A DNA stretch of 64,000 nucleotides. Source: Octopus vulgaris. Its lineage: Eukaryota. The stretch spans positions 120,838,001 through 120,902,000 of the forward strand of contig OX597820.1 of NCBI GenBank assembly GCA_951406725.2, in the 5' to 3' direction. This document shows positions 24,561-37,935 of this stretch, piece by piece. The stretch's first letter is position 1; each line of letters opens with the position of its first letter. A program made the translations under genes and the position numbers. Under the pieces are notes generated by a model that worked only from the letters and a program-made list of their open reading frames with translations, did no database searches and had not been told where the DNA came from.

Positions 24561-25159
24561 CACACACACTCACACACATACATATTTATAAATATATACG
24601 CTCGTGTGTGTGTACTGGCATAATAGGACGGTTCAACACAAGCACATAACCACGCATATATGTGTGTGATTACGTAAATATGTATGCGTTTCTATGTATG
24701 TATATATGTGTGTGGTGTGTGTGTGTGTGTGTGTATGTGTGTGAGTGTGTGCATTTGTTTATCTGACCCACCGCATGTGTATGTATGGACTTATGTAAAT
24801 TAAAAGCGTAGATACATATGAATTTTATAAGTTTATATAAATACATGACGCAGAGGTACATATTTTATGAAAGAAAATACATTTATATTTGCAGATAAAT
24901 ACGATATACGGTATATTTTATGCAGTATGTCTCTTCATGTGCAATGTGGGTGTATTGATGTATGTACTCAGTGTTGCTGTGTTTTCATTTTGGAACTAAT
25001 ACATACAGACTGTTTCAATGATGCGTAAGAATATGTTTTTCGAGTGTGTTTAGGGTATAGAGGAATGGAAATTTCCTATATATAACGAACTCTATTCAAA
25101 TTTATTGTCGTTTCTAATTGTATAAAATGTGTACACACACACACACACAAATATGTATG

Positions 25160-25208
<49 letters not shown>

Positions 25209-25345
25209 TTGTGTGTTTATATATATATATATACTTATAAAATAAGGGCATATATACATTAGATGTATATATATATATCTCCCCCCCTCTCTCTCTGTAT
25301 ATATATGTATGTATATGTATATATATATATAGAGAGAGAGAGATG

Positions 25346-25424
<79 letters not shown>

Positions 25425-26104
25425 TGATATGCATATGCATTGGTTTACAAAAACCATATAAAAACAAAAAGTTGTATTCACTTTCAACTCGCAGAATAAC
25501 TTTGAAATAATACTGAATAGAAATTTTATTTTGTAGTTTTCAAAAATTCATTAAAAAGTATGTATTCAAGAGAAAAAAATCATACAAATTCTATTTTAAA
25601 AATCAACAAAGTGATTTTTTTTTTTTTTTTGCAGACAGACGAAATTCTTCAAAAGTGTCCTTTGCATGAAGAAGACAGTATTTAGTATAGAATTTTTTGT
25701 ACAATTGTGTAACTGTGTATTTAAATGTAGGATATTACTTTTGTTGCTAATGTGTAAACCTTGTACTACGATTGTCATCGGCTGCTACAGTTGAATGTTT
25801 CTAAAAACCATGTTTTGGAATGGTTTAGGTGGCTATAAATAGAAGCAATAATCACGTAATAATACCTCTTGAAGTTGTTTCGGAACAGTTCGGACACAAA
25901 GCAGGAAATATATTTTGATCATAGTGTCCTCAATAGTAAGCCTTATAAGGTGTAAAGAGAAATAATGACCCAACATCCAAATATAAGTTCATGGTGTTGT
26001 CGAATTTATTGTTTTGGTTCCAGCTTCTTGAAGACGTAAGTAATTGCCGAATGTAGACGACGGCTGTGCAATGTCGGTTTGTTAGCCTCAGTATCGAAGA
26101 ACAA

Positions 26105-26491
26105 GGAGGTGCAATGGCCCAGTGGTTAGGGCAGCGGACTCGCGGTCATAGGATTGCGGTTTCGATTCCCAGACCGGGCGTTGCGAGTGTTTATTGAGCG
26201 AAAACACCTAAAAGCTCCACGAGGCTCCGGCAGGGGATGATGATGATCCCTGCTGTACTCTTTCGCCACAACTTTCTCTCACTCTTACTTCCTGTTTCTG
26301 TTGTACATGTATTTCAAAGGGCCGGCCTCGTCACTCTCTCTGTCACGCTGAATATCCCCGAGAACTACGTTAAGGGTGCACGTGTCTGTGGAGTGCTCAG
26401 CCACTTACACGTTAATTTCACGAGCAGGCTGTTCCGTTGATTCGGATCAACCGGAACCCTCATCGTCGTAACCGACGGAGTGCTTCCATCC
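26105..26491 (+). mobile_element. SINE-B (tRNA-Arg-like head), tail type 2
   Basis: A-box tggcccagtgg, gac-TCG-cggtc anticodon arm, B-box ggtttcgattcc; TSD atcgaagaaca at 26093-26103 and 26492-26502. Confidence 0.9.
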
Positions 26492-27230
26492 ATCGAAGAA
26501 CAGATAGAGGTCGGAATGTAACAACCTCATTATATGTTGGAGACCTTTATAAGTCATCGAAAGGTCTCCAAATATCTAAGATTAGTATTAGTGAAATATA
26601 AGGTGGTCACGTGGCAGAATTCTTAGCTCGTAGAGCTAACAAATTATGAGCGGCATTTCATCCATCTTAACGTTCTGAGTTCAAGTACGACCGAGGTCGA
26701 CTTTGATTTTAAGGTCTGTTCCTTGTTCGCTAATGTTTTGTACTCAACTCTTCCACACATCACGTCATACGATGCGCACATTTAAAAACGAAAACATTTA
26801 ATTTCCACATAAATATGCTAAATTATGTGACTGTCAGCAAGGTAAGATGTCTGATATTAGTGTAAAGGGAAACTAATGAACAAACAATGCCTTTTTTTTA
26901 CATGCAGTTACTATATTGACAAACTAGTTACCCAAAACATTCTCAAATGGAATGGATTTTCTTGAAGAAAATGCCAATGCAAGATCGTATAGCTCTTATT
27001 TACAACAACTATGGATTATATTGTGCTAGTCATTCTTACTCAATTATTGGCTCAGATTAATTTTGTTTTTTTCGAGGATGACAAATAGTTCCAGTTGAGC
27101 CCTGGGGTTGATATAATCAACTTGCCTCCTCCTTTAAAATTCCAGGCTTTTGTGCGAAAATTTGCAACCAATGTTAGAGAAATAACAATGTGTGTAAAGC
27201 ATAGCACTTAAGTAAAAATAGAATTCATAC

Positions 27231-28069
27231 CTATTTCTTTACTACCCACAAGGGGCTAAACATAGAGTGGACAAACAAGGACAGACAAAGGGATTAAGTC
27301 GATTATATCGACCCCAGTGCGTAACTGGTACTTAATTTATCGACCCCAAAAGGATGAAAGGCAAAGTCGACCTCGGCGGAATCTGAACTCAGAACGTAAC
27401 GGCTGACGAAATACCGCTAAGCATTTCGCCCGGCGTGCTAACGATTCTGTCAGCCGCCAAATAGAATTAATACCTATTTCTTTATTACCTACAAGGGGCT
27501 AAACATAGAGTGGACGAACAAGGACTGACAAAGAGATTAAGTCGATTACATCGACCCCAGTGCGTAACTGGTACTTAATTTATCGACTCCGAAAAGATGA
27601 AAGGCAAAGTCGACCTCGGCGGAATTTGAACTCACAACGTAACGGCAGACGAAATACCTATTTCTTTACTACCCACAAGGGGCTAAACACAGAGAGGACA
27701 AACAAGGACAGACATAGGTATTAAGTCGATTACATCGACCCCAGTGCGCAACTGGTACTTAATTTATCGACTCCGAAAAGATGAAAGGCAAAGTCGACCT
27801 CGGCGGAATTTGAACTCACAACGTAACGGCAGACGAAATACCTATTTCTTTACTACCCACAAGGGGCTAAACACAGAGAGGACAAACAAGGACAGACATA
27901 GGTATTAAGTCGATTACATCGACCCCAGTGCGCAACTGGTACTTAATTTATCGACCCCGAAAGGATGAAAGGCAAAGTCGACCTCGGCGGAATCTGAACT
28001 CAGAACGTAACGGCTGACGAAATACCGCTAAGCATTTCGCCCGGCGTGCTAACGTTTCTCCCTGTCGCC
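27231..28069 (-). mobile_element. SINE-A cluster: monomer plus head-to-tail trimer
   Basis: Units 27231-27458 and 27474-28069 (184-bp period); aaatagaatt(c/a)atac at 27216, 27459 and 28070. Confidence 0.92.
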
Positions 28070-28374
28070 AAATAGAATTAATACCATCAATGTAGCACCA
28101 ATTACATGACAACATAAAAATAAAATTTCTGTTAATTTGAATAAAGCTACGAAGTCATCACCTTTATTGGAATTCATCGCTTCTTCACCAATCAGATTCT
28201 TTTTATCGAACCGTGGGTACAGCGTGAAAGAATCACTGCTAACGAAAATGTAAATGACATATAACAGAAACCTATACGTGCGACCTTTTTTCTATTTTTC
28301 CAACCTAAAACCAACGCCATAATACTGTACTAAAATGCAAATGTCTTAATCTCCATCAATATTTCTACATTGTA

Positions 28375-28995
28375 AGGCGGCGAGCTGGCAGAAACGTTAG
28401 CACGCCGAGCGAAATGCTTACCAGTATTTCGTCTGCCGCTACGTTCTGAGTTCAAATTCCGCCGAGGTCGACTTTGCCTTTCATCCTTTCGGGGTCCATA
28501 AATTAAGTACCAGTTACGCACTGGGGTCGATGTAATCGATTTAATCTGTTTGTCTGTCCTTGTTTGTCCCCTCTGTGTTTTAGCCCCTTGTGGGTAGTAA
28601 AAAAATAAGAACTTTAGAGTGCCGGGCAAAATGCTTAGCGGTATTTCGTCTGCCGTTACGTTGTGAGTTCAAATTCCGCCGAGGTCGAATTTACTTTTCA
28701 TCCTTTCGGGGTCGATAAATTAAGTACCAGCTACGCACTGGGGTCGATGTAATCGACTTAATACCTATGTCTGTCCTTGTTTGTTCCCTCTATGTTTAGC
28801 CCCTTCTGAGTAATAAAGAAATAGAAATAGTTATTTCCTCTGTCTTTAACTTCTGCGTTCAAATTCTACCAAAGGTCGGCTTGGCCTTTCATCCTTTCAG
28901 GGCCGATAAAATAAATACTTGTTGAGTACTGGGGTCGATCTATTCGACTGGGCCCCTCCCCCAAAATTTCGGCCCTTGTGCCTAGAGTAGAAAAG
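28375..28995 (+). mobile_element. SINE-A composite trimer
   Basis: Full copy followed by two 5'-shortened copies, the last with an older tail; outer TSD aatatttc(t/c)acattgt at 28358-28373 and 28996-29011. Confidence 0.88.
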
Positions 28996-29084
28996 AATAT
29001 TTCCACATTGTTTAACAACAGAAATTAAATGTTATGTACAGAATACAACTGAAACGGAGATAAGTAAGAGAAAATGTAATTGGT

Positions 29085-29292
29085 TTCATGTTTTGGCATA
29101 GGTGCTGTAACTTCGAAGGAGTGGGTAACTCGATTATTCTGACACCATTGCTCAACTGGAATTTATTTGATTCTCCCAGAAAGGATGCACTGCAAAGTCA
29201 ACGTTGGTCGAATTTAAATTCAGAACATAAAGCGGGACAAAACGCGGCTAAACATTTTGCCGGGCACGGCTATAATACTGCCAGCTCACCGT
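29085..29292 (-). mobile_element. Old SINE-A-related copy
   Basis: Diverged match to head and core; other remnants at about 26600-26710, 27085-27170, 46540-46680 and 47305-47410. Confidence 0.65.
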
Positions 29293-29630
29293 TTTAAAAA
29301 AATAGGAATTATATTTCAACTACATTAAATAAAGAATACATAAACAAAATTACGATGAATGTGACGAAGTGTCTACGAACCACAATTTCACCAGCCATGT
29401 GTTAAGATAACATTAAATGTTCTCTTACAGAAGTTATCCTCAAATAACGAAACAAACCATTTACGATGTATATATGACGGCAAATACAGAATGAAATAAA
29501 ATCGGAAACAGTAAAAAGACGAAATTTGAAGAAAGAATTGCGCTCGATTTTAATTAGTAGCAGACAATCACTTCGGCCGTTCCTAGCGACTTCAGAACTT
29601 GGTTTGTAATATAGTAAAAACAATTCATCT

Positions 29631-29674
<44 letters not shown>

Positions 29675-29822
29675 TGGCATACGTTTTTGTCTTATGTTAT
29701 TATCCTTTTGTATGTTGAGATCTGAATAATGCCGGCCATATTTTAGAGATATATTCCTTTGGTATTTTTGCTATAAGGCGAAGTTGCCAATGTTATATAT
29801 CTATTCTTACTGTAGATCTCGT

Positions 29823-30191
29823 GGAGGCGCAATGGCCCAGTGGTTAGGGCAGCGGACTCGCGGTCATAGGATCGCGGTTTTGATTCCCAGACCGGGCGTT
29901 GTGAGTGTTTAGTGAGCGAAAACACCTAAAGCTCCACGAGCATCCGGCAGGGGGTGGTGGCGATCCCTGCTGTACTCTTTCACCACAACTCTCTCTCACT
30001 CTTGCTTCCTTCAAAGGGCCGGCCTTGTCACTCTCTGTGTCACGCTGAATATCCACGAGAACTATGTTAAGGGTACACGTGTCTGTGGAGTGCTCAGCCA
30101 CTTACACGTTAATTTCACGAGCAGGCTGTTCCGTTGATTCGGATCAACCGGAACCCTCTCCGTCGTCGTAACCGACGGAGTGCTTCCAACA
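29823..30191 (+). mobile_element. SINE-B, tail type 2
   Basis: TSD actgtagatctc at 29809-29820 and 30192-30203. Confidence 0.9.
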
Positions 30192-30667
30192 ACTGTAGAT
30201 CTCACTTTTTCCCTTTTCTCTATATGCATCACTGTTGGTTCTCTATCCTTTTCACTTTCTCCATTCATAGTTTTCCCAGAGTTAGCGATTGTATCAATGA
30301 CATTTATAGTTAATATTGTAGTAAGAATGTGATTATGTATTGTTGTTCTATTGTAGTTGTTGTGGCTGTATATCTTCTGTGTATTCACCTTGTATGTTTA
30401 ATGATTTGACGTTATTAAGTAGTGTTCACATGGTGGAAGATTTGTCAATTAAATCTTACAAAATGAATTTAATGATGTTTATTAATAAATATTGTAAATA
30501 TCAAAGTATATTTATTCCTGTTTACGAACGGAATTAATTAAAACGAATAACGTTAAATTGGATGGAATCTGTGTATGTACGGCTACATGTATTATTTGGT
30601 GTGAGATACCATTTAATTTCAAGTAATGAATCTGAAATACACTTCTTCACGCTACACACAGACACAA

Positions 30668-30711
<44 letters not shown>

Positions 30712-31149
30712 TAGTCACATGGTATGCATTATACATTTGCATTACAATAAGTACCATGAATTTAGATATTTTGGATATAAATATACTGTCATATAACCTA
30801 AATTACTTTTCTTTTTACTGATGTTGTTAGATTGAAGTATATATGCATCGATGCACTGCACGAAAATCCAATGAGTAATCTTCGTTTGACGATAAAATGA
30901 GTACAACTTGAACAGTTTAGTATACGCCAACTAAATTCCAGAATTAGGAGATATCCACATTTTGATATCATTCCTTCTTCATCGACTGTAATTATACTTT
31001 GAAATTTAAGTCGAATTTTAAATGCCATAAATAGTCATGGAAATTTGTGTGCTTACGAGTACGATAAATAGATGTTTCGATGCATTGCCACGCCACTTTT
31101 TAAGCTTGTTGGAGCTGAATACTCTTCTAAGTTCTTCATCTACCTGAAA

Positions 31150-31480
31150 CATATGGAAATGAAATTGAAACAATCTTTTGATAAACGTCCAAGAGACAAG
31201 CTAACAAATATTCAAATATTCCTAATTATCTTCAGTCATTTAAAACAGAATTCCAGTTATATTAAAGACGTTTAGACATATTGAATCATTTAATATCACA
31301 TTATTTTATCATAGAGGTTGTTAGCATTAACCCAATTGTACGTTTTATCAATATTCATAATTTTCTGTCATGAATTACAAGGTATTATTATCCAAGTTTT
31401 ATTAATGCCACACATATACGTCTATAATAACAACGAGGTCATAGAATGTGCAAATTTATGAAAGTGAAACTTGCATAGAT
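31150..31480 (+). mobile_element. Degenerate PLE RT remnant
   Basis: LKQNSSYIKD and FIIEVVSINPIV resemble PLE SYIKD...DVxSLYPNI. Confidence 0.35.
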
Positions 31481-31748
31481 TTTGTCCCACAAAACATCTA
31501 ACCTCATAATTTTAGTCGGTTTGAATAGTGTGCGGTTTTGACGAGGGAGAGTCCACGGCAAAATATCACAGCAGACATTGTTACACCGGAGCGAGGCATC
31601 ATCTATAAACTATAGACGCTCACTATTGTGATACAGCGAGAACATACTGATATTCTGCTTCAGATGGGATACGTAAGGGTGTGCAGCTGTGTGAGAGTGG
31701 TTGTGTAATTTTTAAGACGATAATATCTTTGTGTATGAGTTTCTATGT

Positions 31749-32059
31749 CACCGTGATCACCGTGACCGACCAGTCTATCAGATGTTGCTACACATCGCTG
31801 GTCACAATGCGCTTCGCATTGTTTTAGCCTTCGAATGACGCCACCCCACTGGCTAAGCGAGCAGGCCAACAGAGGAAAGAGTGAGAGAAAGTTGTGGCGA
31901 AAGAGTACAGCAGGGATCGCCACCACCCCCTGCCGGAGCCTCGTGGAGCTATAGGTGTTTTCGCTCAATAAACACTCACAACGCCCGGTTTAGGAATCGA
32001 AACCGCGATCCTACGACCGCGAGTCCGCTGCCCTAACCACTGGGCCATTACGCCTCGAA
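31749..32059 (-). mobile_element. SINE-B, tail type 1
   Basis: Ends in cacggtga(t) repeats; TSD gagtttctatgt at 31737-31748 and 32060-32071. Confidence 0.9.
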
Positions 32060-32472
32060 GAGTTTCTATGTAGGCGTGAATATTATTTTTGGTTTACTAC
32101 AGTTTCTTGCGTTATAATCCCTATTTGAATCCCTATTTGAAAATACTTGTTGTTCAATACTATCACTTGGATTACTCTTTCTTTTTCCTGATGTTTTTCC
32201 CTCATTTAGTTCATTATTTTTTTTATATGTACCCTTATATACTTCCATCTTTTTTATTTACATGAACTACTTTACTTTCTTTCCTTCTCCTCTCTGTCTT
32301 TTGATACCATAGGAATGACCAACTTCTTGAATATAGGTACAGCACATTAATTGATCTGAAACAAAATCTATTTATAACTTATATTTAATTTTAATGGGTA
32401 TATACCTAGCTAAATTTATCAAGTATCTGCCATTCATACGTTGTATATATATAAATTTTAAAAAATGCATAT

Positions 32473-32862
32473 ACTCTTTTATTCTCTCTTTTACTTGTTT
32501 CAGTCAATTGACTGCGGCCATGCTGGAGCACCGCCTTTAGTCGAGCAAATCGACCTCGAGACTTATTCTTTGTAAGCCCAGTATTCATTCTATCGGTCTC
32601 TTTTGCCGAACCGCTAAGTGACGGGGACGTAAACACACAAGCATCGGTTGTCAAGCAATGCTAGGGGGACAAACACAGACACACAAACACATACACACAC
32701 ATATATGTATATACATATATACGACAGGCTTCTTTCAGTTTCCGTCTACCAAATCCACTCACAAGGCATTGGTCGGCCCGGGGCTATAGCAGAAGACACT
32801 TGCCCAAGATGCCACGCAGTGGGACTGAACCCGGAACCATGTGGTTGGTTAGCAAGCTACTT
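32473..32862 (-). mobile_element. SINE-C body, head interrupted by the Tx1-like LINE (remainder at 38301-38332)
   Basis: Collinear with the intact copy at 55024-55444. Confidence 0.92.
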
Positions 32863-33090
32863 TATTTCATATAATTTGCCATTTAGGCATTTACAAAGAG
32901 GGGACCAACAAGGACAGACAAATATAAAGGGTGAAGTAGCTTAACACAGTTACAATTTTCGAATGAAATTACGGATAAGATTATAAACAATGAATTTTAC
33001 GAAGGCAATGTTTAAAAATATTAATGATCATGTCGAAGGACGGACACCCAGCCATCCGGGTAGAACCTTTACTTTCTGATCCGGTCACAC

Positions 33091-36000
33091 TTACCTGGTG
33101 CCAAACATACCCATCTTGTATGCCACAGGCTTCCATCTTTTCACAAACATATCTCGTGACAGACACCTCTTCTCCAGCCTGATTTTGCTACTGAGGTGGT
33201 AACTAAAAAAGTTAATCAACCCCTGGCCTGAGACAAAGGTGCCTGTCACTATACCTTTCGTACGCGTCTTCCATACTGTTTCTTTCAGTATGGCTACTAC
33301 ACAGAAAAAACAAGCCTTTCTTTCCCTGTTAAGGAAAGGCGGCGGCACAATCTCGATGATAGACTCAGCTGATAGCTGTACTCTTCCTATCACTGACAAC
33401 AGTTGTTCAACAAAAGCTATCAGTCCCGATAACTCCGGACACTCCACGAATGCGTGCAAGACGGTCTCCCTATCCTGCTAACATCGCGGGCATGTCGGCG
33501 AGACGGCACTACCGTGCCTTGACAGCTTGTCGCGAACAGGTAAAGCCGCACGGAAACAATGCCAGGCCAGGGATTTCTGGTAATTATCCAGATACCCCGG
33601 CCCGAACGTCCTCCGGAATAGGTTGACCAACTGATTTTCATCGTAGCCCAGGGTCTCCCCAAGGCGTCTTCGGACTTAATCTCCACTAACCCGCTATAGA
33701 AATCCGTGGTGGAACTCCTGTTGCCGGCGTTGCCCACCCGAGATAGTAGCTGGAGCGCCTGACGGCACTCCAAATGTCATTCACTCAGTTTAGGTCTCCG
33801 CTTGATCCATGCACCGATGTCCGTTAGGGATGTTAACTGGGGAAGGTAGAACCGGACGTGCGGCGACCACACCTGCTCTCCATCCAGGTAAAGCCAGAGG
33901 TGCCTCAACCTTAACGCGAGTTTTCGCATCCTCAGCCAAGGCATCCCTAGTCCACCCTTTAGCGGTTTCTGGCAGCAGACAGAGCGCTTTACAAGTGGCT
34001 TTCCTCCTTTCCACAAAAATGGGAAAAGGATTCTCTCCAACTTGTTCAGCCACAAATCGGGGCAAGGCACCACGGTCAGACGGTAGGTGATTACTGATGC
34101 TATAAACATCTGCACCACCTCCGCCTTCCCTAGCAGGGATAACGCCCGCCCAGACCAGGTCTGGGTTAGAGCGGTCACCTTGTTGGCCACCTCACTCCAA
34201 TTTTTCTCAATCTGGAGGTCTGGCCCGAACCAGACTCCGAGCAGCTTAACAGGACCTTCCGTCCAACGCCCTACGACGTTATTGGACGGCATCGGCTTGC
34301 CCCTCCAGGTGCCGAGTTGCAAACCGACAAACTTGTCCTTGTTAACCTTTGCTCCTGCCACCGCCTCGTAGCTTTTGATGGCCTCTTCCACCACTGGAAG
34401 CTGGCCTTCGTCTGCCACGATGATGGAGGTGTCATCCGCATACGCCGTAGCTCCTCTTCCACACCATAGATCATGCGGCGCGCCCCCTAGTGCCTCCAAC
34501 TTCCGCAGCAAAGGCTCAAGAGCCAATACGTATAGGAGCGAGGACAGGGGACACCCTTGACGAACTGAACGCTCGATCCTGAACGGCTTCGAAAAGGAAC
34601 CGTTCACCTTGACTACAGACTCGATGTCGCTATACAAAGCAGCGATCCAACCTCGAAAGGTCGGGCCTAGGCCAGCCTCTCCGAGGACCGCCGCCATGTA
34701 CCGATGGTCGACCCTATCAAATGCTTTGGACTGGTCTAAATGTACCAGCGCTCCCCCTGCGCCAGAAAGCTTCCCCACCCTCTCTAAGGAGTAGCGTATA
34801 AGGTGGAGATTGTCGTGGATCGTTCTGCCGGGGATAGCGCACGTTTGCGCTTCCTCGACAAGTTTGTCCACGACCCGCGCCAACCTTTTTGCTAGCACCT
34901 TGGCCAGAATCTTTAACTCTGTGTTTAACAGAGTTATGGGCCTAAAGTTCCCTATCTCGTCCCCCTTGTTCGGGTCCTTCCTGATCAACGTCACCGCTCC
35001 CCGGCTCGCAGACTTGGGAATTCTCCCATTCTGCTGCCAGTTGGCGTAGACGCTAGCCAGCAGGTGCCCGAACAAGTCTGGCATACTTCTATAAAATTCA
35101 TAGGGCAGACCATCGAGACCCGGCGACTTCTCCCCGGGGCACTTGCCCAACACCTCGATTACTTCCTCGGCTGTGATTGGCCCTTCACAGCACTCAGCCT
35201 CTCGTGTCGAGAGGCGCGGGCCACCAGACAGGAAGTCCCTAAGGGCCTCACCATGATCCAGCGTCCCGCACCTCCCGAACAACTCGGCGAAGTGCTTGTG
35301 AAGTGCCTCACACATCTCGTCCCGCTTCTTGATCGTGCATCCGTTTTCATCAACAAGAGACCCAATTGTGGCATCGTTTCCACGCTGTGTTTCTATCGTA
35401 CGGGCCCATCCGGCAACATTAATTCCCTCACGGCCCAATGCTCGTACTTTAGCCCGGACTCTACATCCCTCATGTTTGGCTTTGAGGTGACGGTCTAATG
35501 CCGTTCTCGCCGCTAAAATGTGAGATGCAGAGCCCAACCTCAACGCCTCCTCTAAGTTCTTAACTAGTTGCCCTTCTATTCTAGCCCTATCTAGTCTTAG
35601 TTGTTTACTAAATCTAATGGACTCGAATCGAATGGCTCTTTTGAAGGTGAACCACCACCGGTTATTAACCACGGCTCCGGTTAACGCCCTCTGCACTAAC
35701 ACCTTAATCCGGCTACGGTATGCCTCGCGTGTCAAAATAGACTTGTTCAGCTTCCAGTAGCCGGTTCCTATCTTAAGTGTGCTATCTATGTCCAGTCTAC
35801 ACGTGACCATTCTATGGTTAGTATAGGGCACCTGGACGAGCTGTGGACAACTAAAACTAGACTTATCTCTAGTTCTTATCACTATCCTGTTTAGATAAGA
35901 CTTGAACCTTCCGTCGCCACTCATCCAGGTCCACTCTGGGACGTTCGGATGGTCAAGTCTGTAACGATCTGCTAGCTGAAACCGCTTAAGCAGATCCACG

Positions 36001-36491
36001 AGACGTGAGTTCACTTTCCTATAGATCGAGCCAACGCTATCGATGTGTACGTCAACGATAGCATTAAAGTCCCCTAATATCACTAAAGTCTTCGACGTCA
36101 CGAGAAAGCCCTCTAGGCGCCGATAAAAATCAGTTTGGAAACCTCTAGCACAAGGTGCATAGAGTCCGATCAACCTGAAGGCCTTACTGCTGTATGTCAC
36201 ATCAAGGACGACCAGCCCACCTTCTGGGTCTACATAGACTGTACTTGTCTGTAGAGCCAAGTCTTTACGGATCAGTACCACTACGCCCCCTCGCCCTCCG
36301 GTCTGGCCAGGAGACATGATTTTCTCGTAGCCATTCAGGAGAGGCGAGAAGGTTTGTAGGCTGTCCAGCTTGGTCTCTGTAGCAACCATCACATGTATAT
36401 CATGTGATCTGAGGTCGTCGAGGAAACAAGCCTGCTTCCACTTCGAACTCAGACCACGCACATTTAAACAACCAAGGTTAAGCGAAGCCAT
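33091..36491 (-). pseudogene. ORF2: APE endonuclease, reverse transcriptase and C-terminal CCHC finger (904 aa open, then stops and a frameshift)
   Basis: NVRGL, ETK, GDFN; KSPGLDG, FRPITLLN, DQSKAFDRV, RQGCPLS, YADD; CPRC...HAFVEC; premature TGA at 33777. Confidence 0.93.
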
Positions 36492-37935
36492 TACAAAAAG
36501 TAAAAGTTCTACTTACATTTCGTTGGAGAGGTGGGGCCGACCTCACCACACGTTTGTGGGCCCCTTCTTTCTCCTCCTTCTTCAGATAGTCCGGCAAGTT
36601 CGCGATATGCCGGATGGCGTTTGGGTGTCTGTCTTTTAATTGTTTGAACGTTGTTTCCGCAATCCACGCGTGTCTATTTCGATCTTTGTATTTGTTGTAC
36701 AGTCTTGCTGACTGATGCTGAACCACAATATCGTTTATGTATTTGTCTTGTGTGTCGAATTCAATTAATATGAGTTCATTTTCTTTTTTTGTCTTCTTTT
36801 TCTGGGCCAGTTGAGCGGGATTTTTTTCCGTGTCTGTGGTGTGTCTTTGTTTTTATTATTTTTTGTAGGGGATGTGGACGGGGATGCTGCACGAATTCTT
36901 TTACGAACTGGTTTAAATCCCCCCTCTGATACCTCCATGGTATCGTCTGGGGTAGCAATAGTTTGTTCGGTAGGCACCGCAGTTTTTAGGGGGGTGGGAG
37001 GTTTTAATAGTGTAGGGGTTTGTGAGTGCGAGGGCTGGGTTTTTTCTTCAGTCTGTTTTGGGGTTGGCACCGTAACAGCAGGAGTGGGATTTTTTTGTTT
37101 TTGTAGGGGTAGGTGTGTTTGCAAGGGTAGGGACTTTTTTATTATCTGAGGGGCCTGGTGTCTGCGGTTTCTTTTGCTTGTCTGGACAGTCTACACGAAT
37201 GTGGCCCTTTTTGCCGCAGGCGTAACAGGTAGGTTTTCGGCCTTCGACCTGTACCCTGAGGGCTACGTTCTCGCCCACGAGCACCCTCTCAGGAAGGAGC
37301 TGCAGGTCCTCCGCTGTTCCTTGAATTAATATATTAATGTTACGCCCGAGCCAAAATCGAGGGGTAGAGCATGTTACTTCTAGTATTTTTATTTTGTCCG
37401 CCCTTTTATATAACAGGGCGGCCACTACCTCTACCGGATCTACTTCCGGCGGGGCTTCTACAATCCTGACCCGGGACGTCCTGCGTCCCCTATAGCTTGG
37501 GAAAAGTACCACCTCCTTGGTTTTTAGGGGGTTCACAGAATGCCCGCGGGCCATTTCTTCCCCCGAGAAGCGGACATCCACAGTGCCATATGCCCTTCCC
37601 CTGGCGATGTACACGATGTCCTTCCAAATCGGGGACAGGCATTTCTCGATGGTGCTTTTTTCAAAGTGTTTGAACCTTCTGCTTTGTGGACAGAAAGTTT
37701 TAAACACTACGGTCCGCTTCTCGGTCTCCATGATACTGGCAGAGGGTGATATTTTAACATCACCACCCTCCTCTTGCATTCTTTTAAATAGCTCGACGAG
37801 CTGGTTGACATCGATGTTAATGTTTTCGGTAGCCACTGCGGCTACCGCAGAAAATTTTTTAACATTGCTCTCCTCAAGAGCACTACTTTCGTGAATAATT
37901 TCAACAGACATTATTCTGTTGAAATTAGACAACAC
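36478..37935 (-). pseudogene. ORF1, Gag-like nucleic-acid-binding protein, split across three ORF pieces
   Basis: CYACGKKGHIRVDC zinc knuckle, P/T/K-rich linker; pieces 37048-37935, 36765-37124 and 36478-36726; last piece overlaps the ORF2 start by 14 nt. Confidence 0.85.

Noticed and set aside
29823-29895. tRNA-Arg(TCG)-like sequence
   Set aside because: It is the head of a multicopy SINE with body, tail and TSD, not a tRNA gene
33239-37894. Plus-strand ORFs antisense to the Tx1 element
   Set aside because: Shadow frames of GC-richer coding sequence
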